Shown here in pieces: positions 1-11,051 of a stretch of DNA of 64,000 nt. The number at the start of each line of letters is the position of its first letter. The first letter of the stretch is position 1. The position numbers and the translations under genes were made by a program. The notes beneath the pieces are model-generated. The model saw nothing but the letters and a program-made list of their open reading frames with translations. It ran no database searches and was not told the origin of the DNA. Location: NCBI RefSeq assembly GCF_057098645.1, contig NZ_CM169472.1; one strand, given 5' to 3'.

Positions 1-544
1 TCTGGATGGCGGTTTTCAGTTTGATATTCTCGCCATCAACGACCCAAATCACGCTCTCTTTACCAATACCACTGATGTAAACGGTGTTCGTGGCATCATC
101 AGCTACCAGCTCACGCGGTTGCAGCGGGCGCACCTCTTCCGTGCGCTTACGATCATCCAGCACCAGACGTCCTTTCACCTCGCCAGTTTTGGCATCTATC
201 GCCGTGACCGCGCTGTTTACGGTGTTACCAAACCACAACGTCTGAGTCGTGTTATTGATGGTGGCACCAAACGGCTTGAGATCGTTATGGATCGCCTGCG
301 TCACTTCCAGAGTGACCGGATCAAGACGATAAACCACGCCACCTTTATCCAGTTTGCGGCTTTGCGAAGTGGCGAGCCACAGCGCGTTTTCTTGCTGGCT
401 ATAAGCCATTTCGTAGGCACCTTTACCTACCGCTTTACGCAGCATTTCTTCTGCGGCCTGCGTACTGAATGATGAAGCAACAAGCAATGAACCTAACAGT
501 AATGAACCACGCAGGCGCAATGAAAACAGATGACGTAAATGCAT
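1..544 (-). CDS. yncE: YncE, PQQ-like beta-propeller protein; N-terminal part only, gene continues beyond window start
   Basis: Reverse-strand ATG at 542-544 gives MHLRHLFSLRLRGSLLLGSLLVASSFSTQAAEE (signal peptide) and the frame stays open to position 1; position matches K-12 synteny next to yncD. Confidence 0.7.
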   Translation of the reverse strand, partial: MHLRHLFSLRLRGSLLLGSLLVASSFSTQAAEEMLRKAVGKGAYEMAYSQQENALWLATSQSRKLDKGGVVYRLDPVTLEVTQAIHNDLKPFGATINNTTQTLWFGNTVNSAVTAIDAKTGEVKGRLVLDDRKRTEEVRPLQPRELVADDATNTVYISGIGKESVIWVVDGENIKLKTAIQ

Positions 545-785
545 GACGACTCCCTTTGATGAACCGATATTTTTGCTGCTTCACAATGCTTCGCTAAGCG
601 TAATCATCGTTACGCTCTTGTTATAAATGGGAATGGTAATCATTATTTTCTCAAATGTGGAGCATTTCTTGCCGTTACGACTACAATTTTCTCAATTACT
701 TAACGTATTGTGCCGTTTCATTTTCCATAAATTTACAATTTCATTACCATGACGGCGTTTTCCCATTCTTAACCTGGCTTTTTTC

Positions 786-2888
786 ATGAAGATTTTTTCC
801 GTCCGACAGACCGTTTTGCCCGCACTGCTTGTCCTTTCCCCCGTTGTTTTTGCCGCTGATGAACAGACCATGATTGTCAGTGCCGCGCCGCAGGTGGTTT
901 CAGAACTGGATACCCCTGCAGCAGTAAGCGTGGTGGATGGCGAGGAGATGCGCCTGGCAACACCGCGCATTAACTTGTCCGAATCACTGACCGGCGTGCC
1001 TGGTTTGCAGGTACAAAACCGGCAGAACTATGCGCAAGATTTACAGCTGTCGATTCGCGGATTTGGCTCCCGTTCCACTTACGGAATTCGCGGTATTCGC
1101 CTGTATGTGGACGGTATTCCCGCCACCATGCCCGACGGGCAAGGGCAAACATCCAACATCGATTTAAGCAGTGTGCAAAATGTGGAAGTGCTGCGTGGCC
1201 CCTTCTCTGCCCTGTATGGCAACGCGTCTGGCGGTGTAATGAATGTCACCACCCAGACCGGACAACAGCCACCAACCATTGAAGCCAGTAGTTACTACGG
1301 CAGTTTTGACAGCTGGCGCTATGGGCTGAAAGCAACGGGTGCAACGGGAGACGGCACACAGCCCGGCGATGTTGATTACACCGTCTCAACCACGCGTTTT
1401 ACGACCCACGGCTATCGTGACCATAGTGGCGCACAGAAAAATTTAGCCAATGCCAAACTGGGCGTACGCATTGATGAAGCCAGCAAATTAAGCCTGATTT
1501 TCAATAGTGTGGATATCAAAGCAGATGACCCAGGTGGGCTAACCAAAGCAGAATGGAAGGCGAATCCACAACAAGCGCCTCGTGCAGAACAGTACGACAC
1601 GCGAAAAACCATCAAGCAAACTCAGGCTGGGTTGCGCTATGAACGTAGCCTGAGTTCGCGGGATGATATGAGTGTGATGATGTATGCCGGAGAGCGAGAA
1701 ACGACCCAGTACCAGTCAATACCCATGGCACCACAACTTAACCCGTCACATGCGGGCGGCGTGATTACCCTGCAACGCCATTACCAGGGAATAGACAGCC
1801 GCTGGACACACCGTGGTGAACTGGGCGTTCCGGTCACGTTCACTACCGGCCTGAACTACGAAAACATGAGTGAAAACCGCAAGGGCTACAATAACTTCCG
1901 CCTGAATAGCGGCATGCCGGAGTACGGGCAAAAAGGTGAGTTGCGTCGCGACGAACGCAATCTGATGTGGAACATCGATCCCTATTTACAGACGCAGTGG
2001 CAGCTGAGCGAAAAACTGTCGCTGGATGCTGGCGTGCGCTACAGCTCCGTGTGGTTTGATTCCAACGACCATTACATTACTCCGGGTAACGGCGATGACA
2101 GCGGTGATGCCAGTTATCACAAATGGCTACCAGCCGGATCGTTAAAATATGCAATGACCGATGCCTGGAATATCTATCTGGCAGCCGGGCGTGGTTTTGA
2201 AACGCCGACGATTAATGAGCTGTCTTATCGCGCTGATGGGCAAAGCGGTATGAACTTTGGTTTAAAACCATCCACCAACGATACAATTGAGATCGGCAGT
2301 AAAACGCGTATTGGTGATGGGCTGCTTAGTCTCGCATTGTTCCAGACCGACACCGATGATGAAATTGTTGTCGATAGCAGTAGCGGTGGGCGTACGACTT
2401 ACAAAAATGCTGGAAAGACCCGTCGTCAAGGCGCTGAACTGGCATGGGATCAACGTTTCGCGGGAGATTTTCGCGTAAACGCGTCCTGGACCTGGCTTGA
2501 TGCGACCTATCGCAGCAATGTTTGCAATGAACAGGATTGTAACGGTAATCGGATGCCAGGGATCGCCCGTAATATGGGCTTTGCGTCGATAGGTTATGTA
2601 CCGGAAGATGGTTGGTATGCAGGCACGGAAGCGCGTTATATGGGCGATATTATGGCAGATGATGAAAATACGGCAAAAGCGCCGTCTTATACTCTCGTCG
2701 GCTTATTCACCGGGTATAAATACAATTACCACAATTTAACTGTGGATTTATTTGGTCGTGTTGATAATTTATTCGATAAAGAATACGTTGGTTCTGTCAT
2801 TGTCAATGAGTCAAACGGGCGATATTACGAACCTGCGCCCGGACGAAATTATGGTGTCGGCGTGAATATCGCATGGCGATTTGAGTAA
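786..2888 (+). CDS. yncD: TonB-dependent outer-membrane receptor
   Basis: 700-aa ORF with signal peptide, TonB-box-like N-terminus, plug region and C-terminal aromatic residue (…AWRFE); expected length. Confidence 0.9.
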   Translation: MKIFSVRQTVLPALLVLSPVVFAADEQTMIVSAAPQVVSELDTPAAVSVVDGEEMRLATPRINLSESLTGVPGLQVQNRQNYAQDLQLSIRGFGSRSTYGIRGIRLYVDGIPATMPDGQGQTSNIDLSSVQNVEVLRGPFSALYGNASGGVMNVTTQTGQQPPTIEASSYYGSFDSWRYGLKATGATGDGTQPGDVDYTVSTTRFTTHGYRDHSGAQKNLANAKLGVRIDEASKLSLIFNSVDIKADDPGGLTKAEWKANPQQAPRAEQYDTRKTIKQTQAGLRYERSLSSRDDMSVMMYAGERETTQYQSIPMAPQLNPSHAGGVITLQRHYQGIDSRWTHRGELGVPVTFTTGLNYENMSENRKGYNNFRLNSGMPEYGQKGELRRDERNLMWNIDPYLQTQWQLSEKLSLDAGVRYSSVWFDSNDHYITPGNGDDSGDASYHKWLPAGSLKYAMTDAWNIYLAAGRGFETPTINELSYRADGQSGMNFGLKPSTNDTIEIGSKTRIGDGLLSLALFQTDTDDEIVVDSSSGGRTTYKNAGKTRRQGAELAWDQRFAGDFRVNASWTWLDATYRSNVCNEQDCNGNRMPGIARNMGFASIGYVPEDGWYAGTEARYMGDIMADDENTAKAPSYTLVGLFTGYKYNYHNLTVDLFGRVDNLFDKEYVGSVIVNESNGRYYEPAPGRNYGVGVNIAWRFE

Positions 2889-2896
2889 TTACCTTG

Positions 2897-2918
2897 ATGC
2901 CCGGTATTTGCCGGGCAT
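2897..2918. terminator. Bidirectional intrinsic terminator hairpin between convergent yncD and mcbR
   Basis: Perfect 8-bp stem ATGCCCGG / CCGGGCAT with 6-nt loop, flanked by T/A-rich sequence. Confidence 0.6.
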
Positions 2919-2923
2919 TTAAT

Positions 2924-3589
2924 TTAACGATTGTATTGCTGGTATAAAATAGCAATATTTTGTTGCATAATTTCAGCAAGACAATGTTTGCATCCCTCTT
3001 TGTCTTTTGCTTTTAACGCGGCGAGTAATAGACGATAGTTTTCTATACGCTCCCGTAATTCCGCTGGATTAATCGCTTCATAGAGATAATGTAAACCAGG
3101 TCCCATCCTGACCCACAGTTGCTCAATCATCTCACACAGGATGGGCATATTTGAGCGATGATAAATCGCTAAGCGAAATAGCCTGTTTACATTAATGATT
3201 TGTTCCATGTCGCCCTTTTCTTGCGCCTGCTGTAATTTCTCGAGCAATTCCTGGAGTTCCGCCAGGTCTTGCGGGGTGAGGTTTTCAACAGCCAGAGCAA
3301 CTGCCATTAATTCCAGTTCGTAGCGGATCCGATTGATTTCGTCTAATTGACGTTTCCCCACTTCCGGAACTGTAAATGCTTGCGCTGGTGCGACAGAAAG
3401 CGCATTCACCGAAACCAGACGTAATAATGCTTCACGCACAGGTGTAATACTCATACCTAATTGCTCCGCTAGATTTTTAGTAATCAGGCGTGCGCCAGGT
3501 TTTAATGCGCCAATACTAAGCTGATGTTTCAGGTCGTTCTCAACCTGCAGAGTCAAACTGACATGTTTCATTTTTCCCGTTCCAGGCAT
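2924..3589 (-). CDS. mcbR: GntR/FadR-family transcriptional regulator McbR (YncC)
   Basis: ORF with N-terminal winged-HTH and FCD domain; 221 aa from the MPGTGK start, the length I recall for K-12. Confidence 0.85.
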   Translation of the reverse strand: MPGTGKMKHVSLTLQVENDLKHQLSIGALKPGARLITKNLAEQLGMSITPVREALLRLVSVNALSVAPAQAFTVPEVGKRQLDEINRIRYELELMAVALAVENLTPQDLAELQELLEKLQQAQEKGDMEQIINVNRLFRLAIYHRSNMPILCEMIEQLWVRMGPGLHYLYEAINPAELRERIENYRLLLAALKAKDKEGCKHCLAEIMQQNIAILYQQYNR

Positions 3590-3786
3590 TTTAATTCCTT
3601 CGCGTGTTTTCTGTCCAACCCTGCCTGCATGGCAGAAGGAGTTCACCTGGTGTATTAAAGTGAATAATCATAAACCACTCACCTTTGTTGTTATTAGCAG
3701 CAGAACAATGACGTGGTTAGTTAATTAAAGCTGAAAATAAGCTTTTTGCCTGGATTTTTATGGCGGCTTACGCCGCCGTTGAAACT

Positions 3787-4824
3787 TTAATCATCACCCG
3801 CCACGCGGATCACCACTTTGCCGAAGTTTTTACCCTTCAGCAGGCCGATAAACGTCTGTGGCGCATTCTCTAAACCGTCAGTAATTTCTTCGCGGTAGTG
3901 GATTTTATCCTCTTTCACCCATTGCCCCATCTCCTTCTGAAACTCATGGATGCGGTGACCATAATCCTGAGCGATAATAAACCCTTGCAAGCGAATACGT
4001 TTTTTCAGCACCGTTGCCATCAACAGGGGTAAACGATCCGGACCGGGTGGTAGCTCTGTAGCGTTATAGCTGCTCACTAAGCCACAAACGGGAATGCGCG
4101 CAGATGTATTAAGTAATGGTAGCACTGCATCAAATACCTTACCGCCCACGTTTTCATAATAGATATCAATACCTTTTGGGCACGCTTTCGCCAGTTGTTC
4201 GGCAAAATCGTCCGCGTGGTGATCAAGGCAAACATCGAAGCCTAACACCTCGGTAGCATGGCGGCATTTTTCCGCGCCACCGGCTACCCCCACCACTCTG
4301 CAACCTTTAAGTTTGCCGATTTGCCCCACCGTCGCCCCCACTGGTCCTGTCGCCGCAGCTACCACCAACGTTTCGCCCTCTTTAGGCTGACCGATATCCA
4401 GCAGCCCCATATAAGCGGTAAAGCCTGGCATCCCCAGCACACCCAGCGACCACGATGGATTTTGCGGATGATCGCCAAGTTTCACCAGATCATCACCACT
4501 GGATATGTCATAGTCCTGCCATCCACTGTAGCCCAGCACCCAGTCGCCAGGCTGATAATCAGGATGATTCGACTTCACGACACGGCTCACCGTACCGCCG
4601 ACCATCACGCCGCCAATATCAACCGGCGGTGAATAAGATGGCTCATCGCTCATACGTCCACGCATATACGGGTCCAGGGACAAATAAACTGTGCGCAGTA
4701 ACACCTGTCCTTCACCCGGTGTGGCGACATCATCTTCTTCAAGACGGAAATTCTCCGGAACCGGTGCGCCATGTGGACGCGAGGCCAGAACCCAACGTCG
4801 ATTACGCTGCTTTTGTTGCCCCAT
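3787..4824 (-). CDS. curA: NADPH-dependent curcumin/dihydrocurcumin reductase (MDR superfamily)
   Basis: 345 aa from MGQQKQRNRRW; zinc-free medium-chain dehydrogenase Rossmann motif AAATGPVGATVGQ. Confidence 0.9.
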   Translation of the reverse strand: MGQQKQRNRRWVLASRPHGAPVPENFRLEEDDVATPGEGQVLLRTVYLSLDPYMRGRMSDEPSYSPPVDIGGVMVGGTVSRVVKSNHPDYQPGDWVLGYSGWQDYDISSGDDLVKLGDHPQNPSWSLGVLGMPGFTAYMGLLDIGQPKEGETLVVAAATGPVGATVGQIGKLKGCRVVGVAGGAEKCRHATEVLGFDVCLDHHADDFAEQLAKACPKGIDIYYENVGGKVFDAVLPLLNTSARIPVCGLVSSYNATELPPGPDRLPLLMATVLKKRIRLQGFIIAQDYGHRIHEFQKEMGQWVKEDKIHYREEITDGLENAPQTFIGLLKGKNFGKVVIRVAGDD

Positions 4825-5004
4825 AATGCTCTCCTGTGCTTTTGGCATGAATCCATCAATAGTAGCAGGCTCACGGGATTGGTTTTGTTTGCAGCCGTCA
4901 CATCCCCTCTGCAACACGCAATAATTTCATCGAGGAATCCGTTGCTTCGGGCTGTTTTCGATAGTATTGATAACATCATCATCATTATTTTATTGAGGCC
5001 AGAC

Positions 5005-5523
5005 ATGTCCATCCGTTTTGCCCGCAAAGCCGACTGTGCTGCCATTGCGGAAATTTATAACCACGCCGTGTTGTATACGGCGGCTATCTGGAATGACCAA
5101 ACGGTGGATGCAGATAACCGCATTGCCTGGTTTGAAGCGCGGACCATAGCAGGTTATCCGGTGCTGGTAAGTGAAGAAGATGGCGTAGTGACGGGATATG
5201 CCTCGTTTGGCGACTGGCGTAGTTTCGATGGTTTTCGCCATACCGTGGAACATTCGGTTTATGTCCATCCCGATCATCAGGGCAAAGGTCTGGGGCGTAA
5301 ATTGTTAAGCCGATTGATTGATGAAGCGCGGGATTGCGGGAAGCATGTCATGGTCGCCGGGATCGAATCGCAAAATCAGGCCTCGCTGCATCTGCACCAG
5401 TCGCTGGGATTTGTCGTCACCGCACAAATGCCGCAGGTGGGCACTAAATTTGGGCGCTGGCTGGATCTGACATTTATGCAGTTGCAACTCGACGAACGCA
5501 CTGAACCGGACGCGATTGGATGA
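5005..5523 (+). CDS. mnaT: GNAT L-amino acid N-acyltransferase MnaT (YncA)
   Basis: 172 aa from MSIRFARKADCAAIAEIYNH; GNAT fold motifs. Confidence 0.85.
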   Translation: MSIRFARKADCAAIAEIYNHAVLYTAAIWNDQTVDADNRIAWFEARTIAGYPVLVSEEDGVVTGYASFGDWRSFDGFRHTVEHSVYVHPDHQGKGLGRKLLSRLIDEARDCGKHVMVAGIESQNQASLHLHQSLGFVVTAQMPQVGTKFGRWLDLTFMQLQLDERTEPDAIG

Positions 5524-5969
5524 ATCAGTCGCTCACCCTTGCCTTTTTGATTGCCGCCGGAATTGGTCTGGTAGTCCAGAACACGCTGATGGTGCGCATC
5601 ACCCAGACCTCCTCTACCATTCTCATCGCCATGTTGCTGAACTCACTGGTGGGGATTGTGCTCTTTGTTTCTATTTTATGGTTTAAACAAGGTATGGCGG
5701 GGTTTGGCGAACTGGTGTCCAGCGTGCGCTGGTGGACACTTATACCTGGCTTGCTGGGATCGTTTTTTGTCTTCGCCAGTATCAGCGGATATCAGAATGT
5801 GGGAGCGGCGACAACTATTGCAGTACTGGTCGCCAGCCAGCTGATTGGCGGTCTGGTTCTGGATATCTTCCGCAGTCATGGCGTACCACTACGGGCGTTG
5901 TTCGGCCCAATTTGTGGCGCAATTTTACTTGTGGTTGGCGCCTGGTTGGTAGCCAGACGCTCATTTTAA
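5520..5969 (+). CDS. ydcZ: Inner-membrane protein YdcZ (DMT-like, DUF606)
   Basis: 149-aa hydrophobic ORF whose start overlaps the mnaT stop (ATGA). Confidence 0.8.
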   Translation: MNQSLTLAFLIAAGIGLVVQNTLMVRITQTSSTILIAMLLNSLVGIVLFVSILWFKQGMAGFGELVSSVRWWTLIPGLLGSFFVFASISGYQNVGAATTIAVLVASQLIGGLVLDIFRSHGVPLRALFGPICGAILLVVGAWLVARRSF

Positions 5970-6203
5970 TCACAGGATGGTGCCGCCTTTGGTTAACTGT
6001 TCATGGCGCGCTTCCATATCTTCTTTATGCTTGCGACCGTGATGAGCAATAGCGGTGCGCAAACGCTGCTGCTGGGTGTAGCGATCTTCCCGACTTAACT
6101 CCGCGTCATCGCTCAGGGCGATTAATAATTCGTTCATATGGGCAATGACGCTCTCTTCAATCGCGGCATCCACGCGCGCGATGACTTCATCCAGATGCGA
6201 CAT
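5970..6203 (-). CDS. ydcY: Small uncharacterized protein YdcY
   Basis: 77-aa ORF in the conserved syntenic position. Confidence 0.7.
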   Translation of the reverse strand: MSHLDEVIARVDAAIEESVIAHMNELLIALSDDAELSREDRYTQQQRLRTAIAHHGRKHKEDMEARHEQLTKGGTIL

Positions 6204-6288
6204 ACTTTCTCCTTAGCCACTTGTGAAATTTATCGATTCATCCAAATGATATAAGTCTGCGTGGTGCCGTCAAGCCAGTGAGTAAGAT

Positions 6289-6462
6289 TTAAAACAGTGA
6301 AAACAACAGCGCCACCGGGAAACTCATCGGCCATGTTGCCCCCACCAGAAAGGCGCTTAAGAAACGGATGCGTTTCTTATCGTGAGAAAGAAACCAGGTG
6401 ATAAGAAATGCGATTGCTGCCATAACCGCATAAAAAACAAGCATGTGTTGATAGAGAGACAT
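6289..6462 (-). CDS. ortT: Orphan membrane toxin OrtT (YdcX), GhoT-like
   Basis: 57-aa hydrophobic peptide MSLYQHMLVFYAVMAAIAFLITWFLSHDKKRIRFLSAFLVGATWPMSFPVALLFSLF; the ORF track shows a longer upstream-extended version. Confidence 0.75.
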   Translation of the reverse strand: MSLYQHMLVFYAVMAAIAFLITWFLSHDKKRIRFLSAFLVGATWPMSFPVALLFSLF

Positions 6463-6656
6463 GTACGGGCGTCCAGCCAGATGAATAAAACGCGCGCAAA
6501 TATGCGTCATTTTTTGACGTGCATCAAGTTTTTTAACCGGTTTGAGAAAAAAACATCAAACAGCAACTTGCCCTTATCCATCTTCAGAATGAGTATTATT
6601 GCGGATTTTCTTAACCCGTACTATACACATAGGGGCAATGATAAAAGGTGGCAAAA

Positions 6657-6752
6657 ATGAATGTTTCCAGTAGAACTGTAGTACTGATAAATGTCTTTGC
6701 TGCTGTTGGTTTGTTTACTCTTATCTCTATGAGATTTGGCTGGTTTATTTGA
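6657..6752 (+). CDS. yncL: Small membrane protein YncL (31 aa)
   Basis: Not in ORF track (under 60 aa). ATG at 6657 preceded by AAAGGTGG RBS; translates MNVSSRTVVLINVFAAVGLFTLISMRFGWFI*. Confidence 0.75.
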   Translation: MNVSSRTVVLINVFAAVGLFTLISMRFGWFI

Positions 6753-6774
6753 TGTAGTGATTTTGCACGCAGCA

Positions 6775-6809
6775 CGTACTGTCAGAGAAATCAGTGCTCT
6801 GACAGTACG
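6775..6809. terminator. Bidirectional intrinsic terminator between yncL and patD
   Basis: Perfect 13-bp stem CGTACTGTCAGAG / CTCTGACAGTACG with 9-nt loop. Confidence 0.65.
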
Positions 6810-6848
6810 CAAGATCATCTCATACTCTTACGATCTGCAATATTATCC

Positions 6849-8273
6849 TTAATGTTTAACCATGACGTGGCGGACGACGGTGTAATCCTCCAGCCCATAA
6901 AGTGACATATCCTTGCCGTAACCAGAAAGTTTCTGCCCACCGTGCGGCATTTCACTTACCAGCATGAAATGGGTATTGACCCAGGTACAACCATATTGCA
7001 GCCGTGCGCTGATGCGATGCGCCCTGCCCACATCTTTCGTCCATACCGAAGATGCAAGTCCGTACTGGCTGTCATTCGCCCAGTTTACCACCTGTTCTTC
7101 GTTGTCGAAGAGCGTAACACTCACTACTGGACCAAATACCTCTTTTTGCACGATGGCATCGTCCTGTAATGCGCCAGCCAGCAGCGTCGGCGCATAGTAA
7201 TAGCCATTACCCTTGCGCTTTTCACCGCCAGTGATCACTTTGATGTGCCCTGTCGCTTTCGCCTCTTCTACTGCCTTGCTGACGCGTTCGAGATGCGCCA
7301 GCGAGCTTAAAGGTCCAAGCTCCGTAGACTCGTCATCCGGCGCACCAGATTTTAACGTTGCCACTGCAGCACCGAGTTTTTCCACCAGCGTATCGTAAAT
7401 GCCTTTTTGCGCGTAGATCCGACAAGCCGCAGTACAATCCTGTCCGGCATTGTAATAGCCAAATGTACGTACACCTTCGACCACTGCTTCAATATCCGCA
7501 TCATCAAAAACAATCACTGGCGCTTTGCCACCAAGTTCCATATGAGTACGCTTAATGGACGGCGCAGTATGGCTGATGATGTGTTCCCCAGTGGCGATAG
7601 AGCCCGTCAGCGACACCATCCGCACTTTGGGATGACCGGTCAGCGGATCGCCCACCGTTTTGCCTCTGCCAAACAGCACATTAATCACGCCTGCCGGGAA
7701 GATATCTTTCGCCAGCTCTGCCAACTTCAACGCGGTCAGCGGGGTAATTTCTGATGGTTTAAGCACTACGCAGTTCCCTGCCGCCAGCGCCGGAGCCAGT
7801 TTCCACGCTGCCATCATCAGCGGATAATTCCACGGTGCGATAGAAGCCACGCCCCCCAACGGATCGCGACGGATCATCGAAGTATGACCTTCAAGATATT
7901 CACCTGCCGCCAGACCATTCAGACAGCGCGCCGCACCCGCGAAAAAGCGAAAAACATCGACAATCGCCGGGATTTCATCATTGAACGCACTATGCAGCGG
8001 TTTGCCACAATTACGGGACTCCAGTTCGGCAAAAACCTGACCATTTTCTTCGATAACATCAGCCAGTTTCAGCAGACATTCCGCACGCACTTTCGGCGTG
8101 GTTTGCCCCCATTCGGCAAATGCTGCATCTGCCGCGCGCACAGCAGCATCGACCTGCTCTGCGGATGCCTCGGCAATCTCCAGTAAAACGTCCCCCGTTG
8201 CCGGATTATAGACAGGCTGTTTTTCCCCTTCGCCACTAACCAGTTCTCCGTTAATCAGTAAATTATGTTGCAT
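6849..8273 (-). CDS. patD: Gamma-aminobutyraldehyde dehydrogenase PatD (YdcW)
   Basis: 474-aa aldehyde dehydrogenase with catalytic Cys context (GQDCTAACR) and conserved ELGGK motif. Confidence 0.9.
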   Translation of the reverse strand: MQHNLLINGELVSGEGEKQPVYNPATGDVLLEIAEASAEQVDAAVRAADAAFAEWGQTTPKVRAECLLKLADVIEENGQVFAELESRNCGKPLHSAFNDEIPAIVDVFRFFAGAARCLNGLAAGEYLEGHTSMIRRDPLGGVASIAPWNYPLMMAAWKLAPALAAGNCVVLKPSEITPLTALKLAELAKDIFPAGVINVLFGRGKTVGDPLTGHPKVRMVSLTGSIATGEHIISHTAPSIKRTHMELGGKAPVIVFDDADIEAVVEGVRTFGYYNAGQDCTAACRIYAQKGIYDTLVEKLGAAVATLKSGAPDDESTELGPLSSLAHLERVSKAVEEAKATGHIKVITGGEKRKGNGYYYAPTLLAGALQDDAIVQKEVFGPVVSVTLFDNEEQVVNWANDSQYGLASSVWTKDVGRAHRISARLQYGCTWVNTHFMLVSEMPHGGQKLSGYGKDMSLYGLEDYTVVRHVMVKH

Positions 8274-8294
8274 AGCATTTTCCTGTATCAGTGG

Positions 8295-9089
8295 TTATTG
8301 ACCATTGTCGCCTTCGCGGGTTAGCCACCAGGCCCCCAGGATCGGCAAGGTTGTTACCAACATAACCAGCAGTGCCACCACGTTGGTTACCGATACATCA
8401 CGCGGTCGCCCAAGCTGATTGAGCAACCACAACGGTAACGTTCGTTCATGACCTGCCGTAAAGGTCGTAACGATGATTTCATCGAACGACAAGGCAAACG
8501 CCAGCATTCCTCCTGCCAGTAACGCCGAACTGAGATTCGGCAACACTACGTAGCGGAAGGTTTGCCAGCCATTGGCCCCAAGATCCATTGACGCCTCAAC
8601 CAGACTCCATGAGGTGCGGCGAAAACGGGCGATGACATTGTTAAACACCACAACTACACAAAAAGTCGCATGACCGACCACGATGGTGAAAAATCCCGGC
8701 TCCAGATTGATGGTTTTAAAGGCGGTTAATAACGCCAGACCAGTGACAATGCCCGGCAGCGCAATGGGCAGCAGCAGTAACAGCGAAATGGCGTTTTTGC
8801 CGAAAAAGTCTCGTCGCCACAGCGCGGCAGCTGCCAGCGTCCCTAACACCAGCGCCATTAATGTCGCCAGCGCCGCCACTTTAAGTGACAGTGTCACGGC
8901 ATCAAGAATATCACTACGCTGTGCTGCCACGCTAAACCAGCGCAGCGTCAGGCCCTGCGGTGGAAAACTAAACGCCGCATCTTCAGTGTTAAACGCATAG
9001 GCGGCGATTATCAGGATGGGAAAATGTAGGAAAACAACGCCGCCCCAGGCCGCCAGTTTGAGGAAAAACGGTGCGCGTTCAGAGTGCAT
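8295..9089 (-). CDS. ydcV: ABC transporter permease (polyamine-type)
   Basis: 264-aa multi-pass membrane protein; overlaps ydcU by 11 nt. Confidence 0.85.
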   Translation of the reverse strand: MHSERAPFFLKLAAWGGVVFLHFPILIIAAYAFNTEDAAFSFPPQGLTLRWFSVAAQRSDILDAVTLSLKVAALATLMALVLGTLAAAALWRRDFFGKNAISLLLLLPIALPGIVTGLALLTAFKTINLEPGFFTIVVGHATFCVVVVFNNVIARFRRTSWSLVEASMDLGANGWQTFRYVVLPNLSSALLAGGMLAFALSFDEIIVTTFTAGHERTLPLWLLNQLGRPRDVSVTNVVALLVMLVTTLPILGAWWLTREGDNGQ

Positions 9090-10020
9090 CGAACGCTCCC
9101 AGACGTTTCACGAACGCCAGGTACAGTGCGATAAGAACAATCGGCACCAGGGTGAATGCCGCCGCCATCGGCATATTGCCAATCGCCCCCTGCTGGGAAT
9201 AAACCATATTGCCGATAAAATATCCTGGCGGGCCAACCAGCTGCGGGACGATAAAATCGCCCAGTGTGAGTGAGAAGGTAAAGATAGAGCCAGCGGCAAT
9301 ACCCGGGATCGCCAGCGGCAACACCACATAGCGAAAGGTTTGTCGTGGACGTGCGCCGAGATCAGCCGACGCCTGCAACAATGACGGCGGCAAACGCTCA
9401 AGCGCCGCCTGCACGGGCAGGATCATGAACGGCAGCCAGATATAGAGAAACACCAGAAAGCGCCCCAGCCCGGAAGTTGACAGCGTATTGCCGCCCACCG
9501 CAGGTAATGTAAGGAACGCAGTCAGCAGTGGTTCCAGCCCAAGATGTTGTAAAAACCACTGAGCCACGCCATCTTTTGCCAGTAATAACGTCCAGGCATA
9601 GGCTTTAACAATGTAGCTCGCCCACATCGGCAACATTACCGCGATATAAAAAAACGCTTTCATTTTTCCGCTGGTATAGCGCGCCATATGCCATGCCATT
9701 GGAAAAGCCAGAATGGCGCTGGCGATAGTGACTGCCACTGCCATAGTCAGCGTGCGGAGAATGATGTCGTAATTCGCCGGATTAAACAGCGCACGGATAT
9801 TCTCCAGCGTCAGTTCCGGCGTTACCGACATAGTGAAATCGTCAAAAGTATAAAATCCCTGCCATAACAGTGTCAGCAGCGAGCCGAAATAGACAATGCC
9901 AAACCACATTAGCGGGCCAAGCAGCAGTAAAAACAGCCCCAGCCCCGGATTACGCCAGAAGAAACCGGACACCTTACCCAGACCTGGACGTGAAGGTGAT
10001 TGCAATACGTTCATCGCCAT
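9079..10020 (-). CDS. ydcU: ABC transporter permease (polyamine-type)
   Basis: 313-aa membrane ORF, abuts ydcT. Confidence 0.85.
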   Translation of the reverse strand: MAMNVLQSPSRPGLGKVSGFFWRNPGLGLFLLLLGPLMWFGIVYFGSLLTLLWQGFYTFDDFTMSVTPELTLENIRALFNPANYDIILRTLTMAVAVTIASAILAFPMAWHMARYTSGKMKAFFYIAVMLPMWASYIVKAYAWTLLLAKDGVAQWFLQHLGLEPLLTAFLTLPAVGGNTLSTSGLGRFLVFLYIWLPFMILPVQAALERLPPSLLQASADLGARPRQTFRYVVLPLAIPGIAAGSIFTFSLTLGDFIVPQLVGPPGYFIGNMVYSQQGAIGNMPMAAAFTLVPIVLIALYLAFVKRLGAFDAL

Positions 10021-11034
10021 TCACCTCTCCTCAACCAGAGGCACCATCACATCACGCGACCAGGAAACCATCACCTGTTGTCCGGGCGTGAGCGTGGCAG
10101 GCAGTTCTTCACCTGTCATATTGGCCTGACTCACCAGCAGTTTTTCACCGCCGCTCAGTGTCAGTTCAAAACGGGTCGCTGCGCCCTGATATTGCACCGC
10201 CTGGATCGTGCCATTAGCCTGCATTTCGCCGGAGGTATTGAGACGGATATGTTCCGGCCGCAGGGCGAAGCTTCCCGTCATGCCACAAAGTTTCTCTGCC
10301 ATCAGTCCATCAAAAACATTCGATGTACCAACGAACCCGGCAACAAACGGCGTGCGCGGGCGCATATAGAGATCGCGCGGGGAATCGACCTGCTCAATGC
10401 GTCCATTATTGAAAACCGCCACACGATCGGACATCGATAACGCTTCGCCCTGATCGTGGGTAACGAAGATAAAAGTGATACCGAGAGACTGTTGCAGCTT
10501 TTTCAGTTCCAGCTGCATCTGCTCACGCAATTTGAGATCCAGTGCGCCGAGCGGTTCATCCAACAGCAATACGCGCGGTTCATTCACCAATGCTCTGGCG
10601 ATAGCAACCCGCTGGCGCTGACCACCAGAAAGTTGTGACGGTTTGCGTTGCTGAACAAAACCCAGCGCCACTTTCTCCAGCGCCTCTTGCGCCATTGCGT
10701 GCCGCTGCTTTTTATTCACGCCTTTGACCATCAGCCCATAGGCGACATTGTCAAGAATCGACATATGCGGAAATAGCGCGTAGTCCTGAAAGACAGTATT
10801 CACGTCCCGCTCCCACGGTGGCAGATTGCTGGCGGGTTTACCAAAGATAGAGATAGCCCCGCCAGAAAGCTGTTCGAAGCCAGCAATCAGGCGCAGGCAG
10901 GTGGTTTTGCCGGAGCCGGACGGCCCCAGCATAGAGAAGAACTCACCATCTTTTATCGCAATACTGACGCCATCTACTGCGCGCACGTCACCGTACAACC
11001 GCGAGACGTTGTCAAACTCCACTGCGTACGTCAT
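10021..11034 (-). CDS. ydcT: ABC transporter ATP-binding protein
   Basis: Walker A GPSGSGKTT, ABC signature LSGGQRQR, Walker B LLLDEP. Confidence 0.9.
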   Translation of the reverse strand: MTYAVEFDNVSRLYGDVRAVDGVSIAIKDGEFFSMLGPSGSGKTTCLRLIAGFEQLSGGAISIFGKPASNLPPWERDVNTVFQDYALFPHMSILDNVAYGLMVKGVNKKQRHAMAQEALEKVALGFVQQRKPSQLSGGQRQRVAIARALVNEPRVLLLDEPLGALDLKLREQMQLELKKLQQSLGITFIFVTHDQGEALSMSDRVAVFNNGRIEQVDSPRDLYMRPRTPFVAGFVGTSNVFDGLMAEKLCGMTGSFALRPEHIRLNTSGEMQANGTIQAVQYQGAATRFELTLSGGEKLLVSQANMTGEELPATLTPGQQVMVSWSRDVMVPLVEER

Positions 11035-11051
11035 AAAGCACCCCAGCGAAG

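Noticed and set aside
119-472. 117-aa plus-strand ORF at the window start
   Set aside because: Lies antisense within the yncE coding region.
3755-3780. GGCGGC-TTAC-GCCGCC hairpin downstream of curA as an intrinsic terminator
   Set aside because: The hairpin is followed on the coding strand by an A-rich tract, not a U-rich one, so it does not fit the intrinsic terminator pattern.
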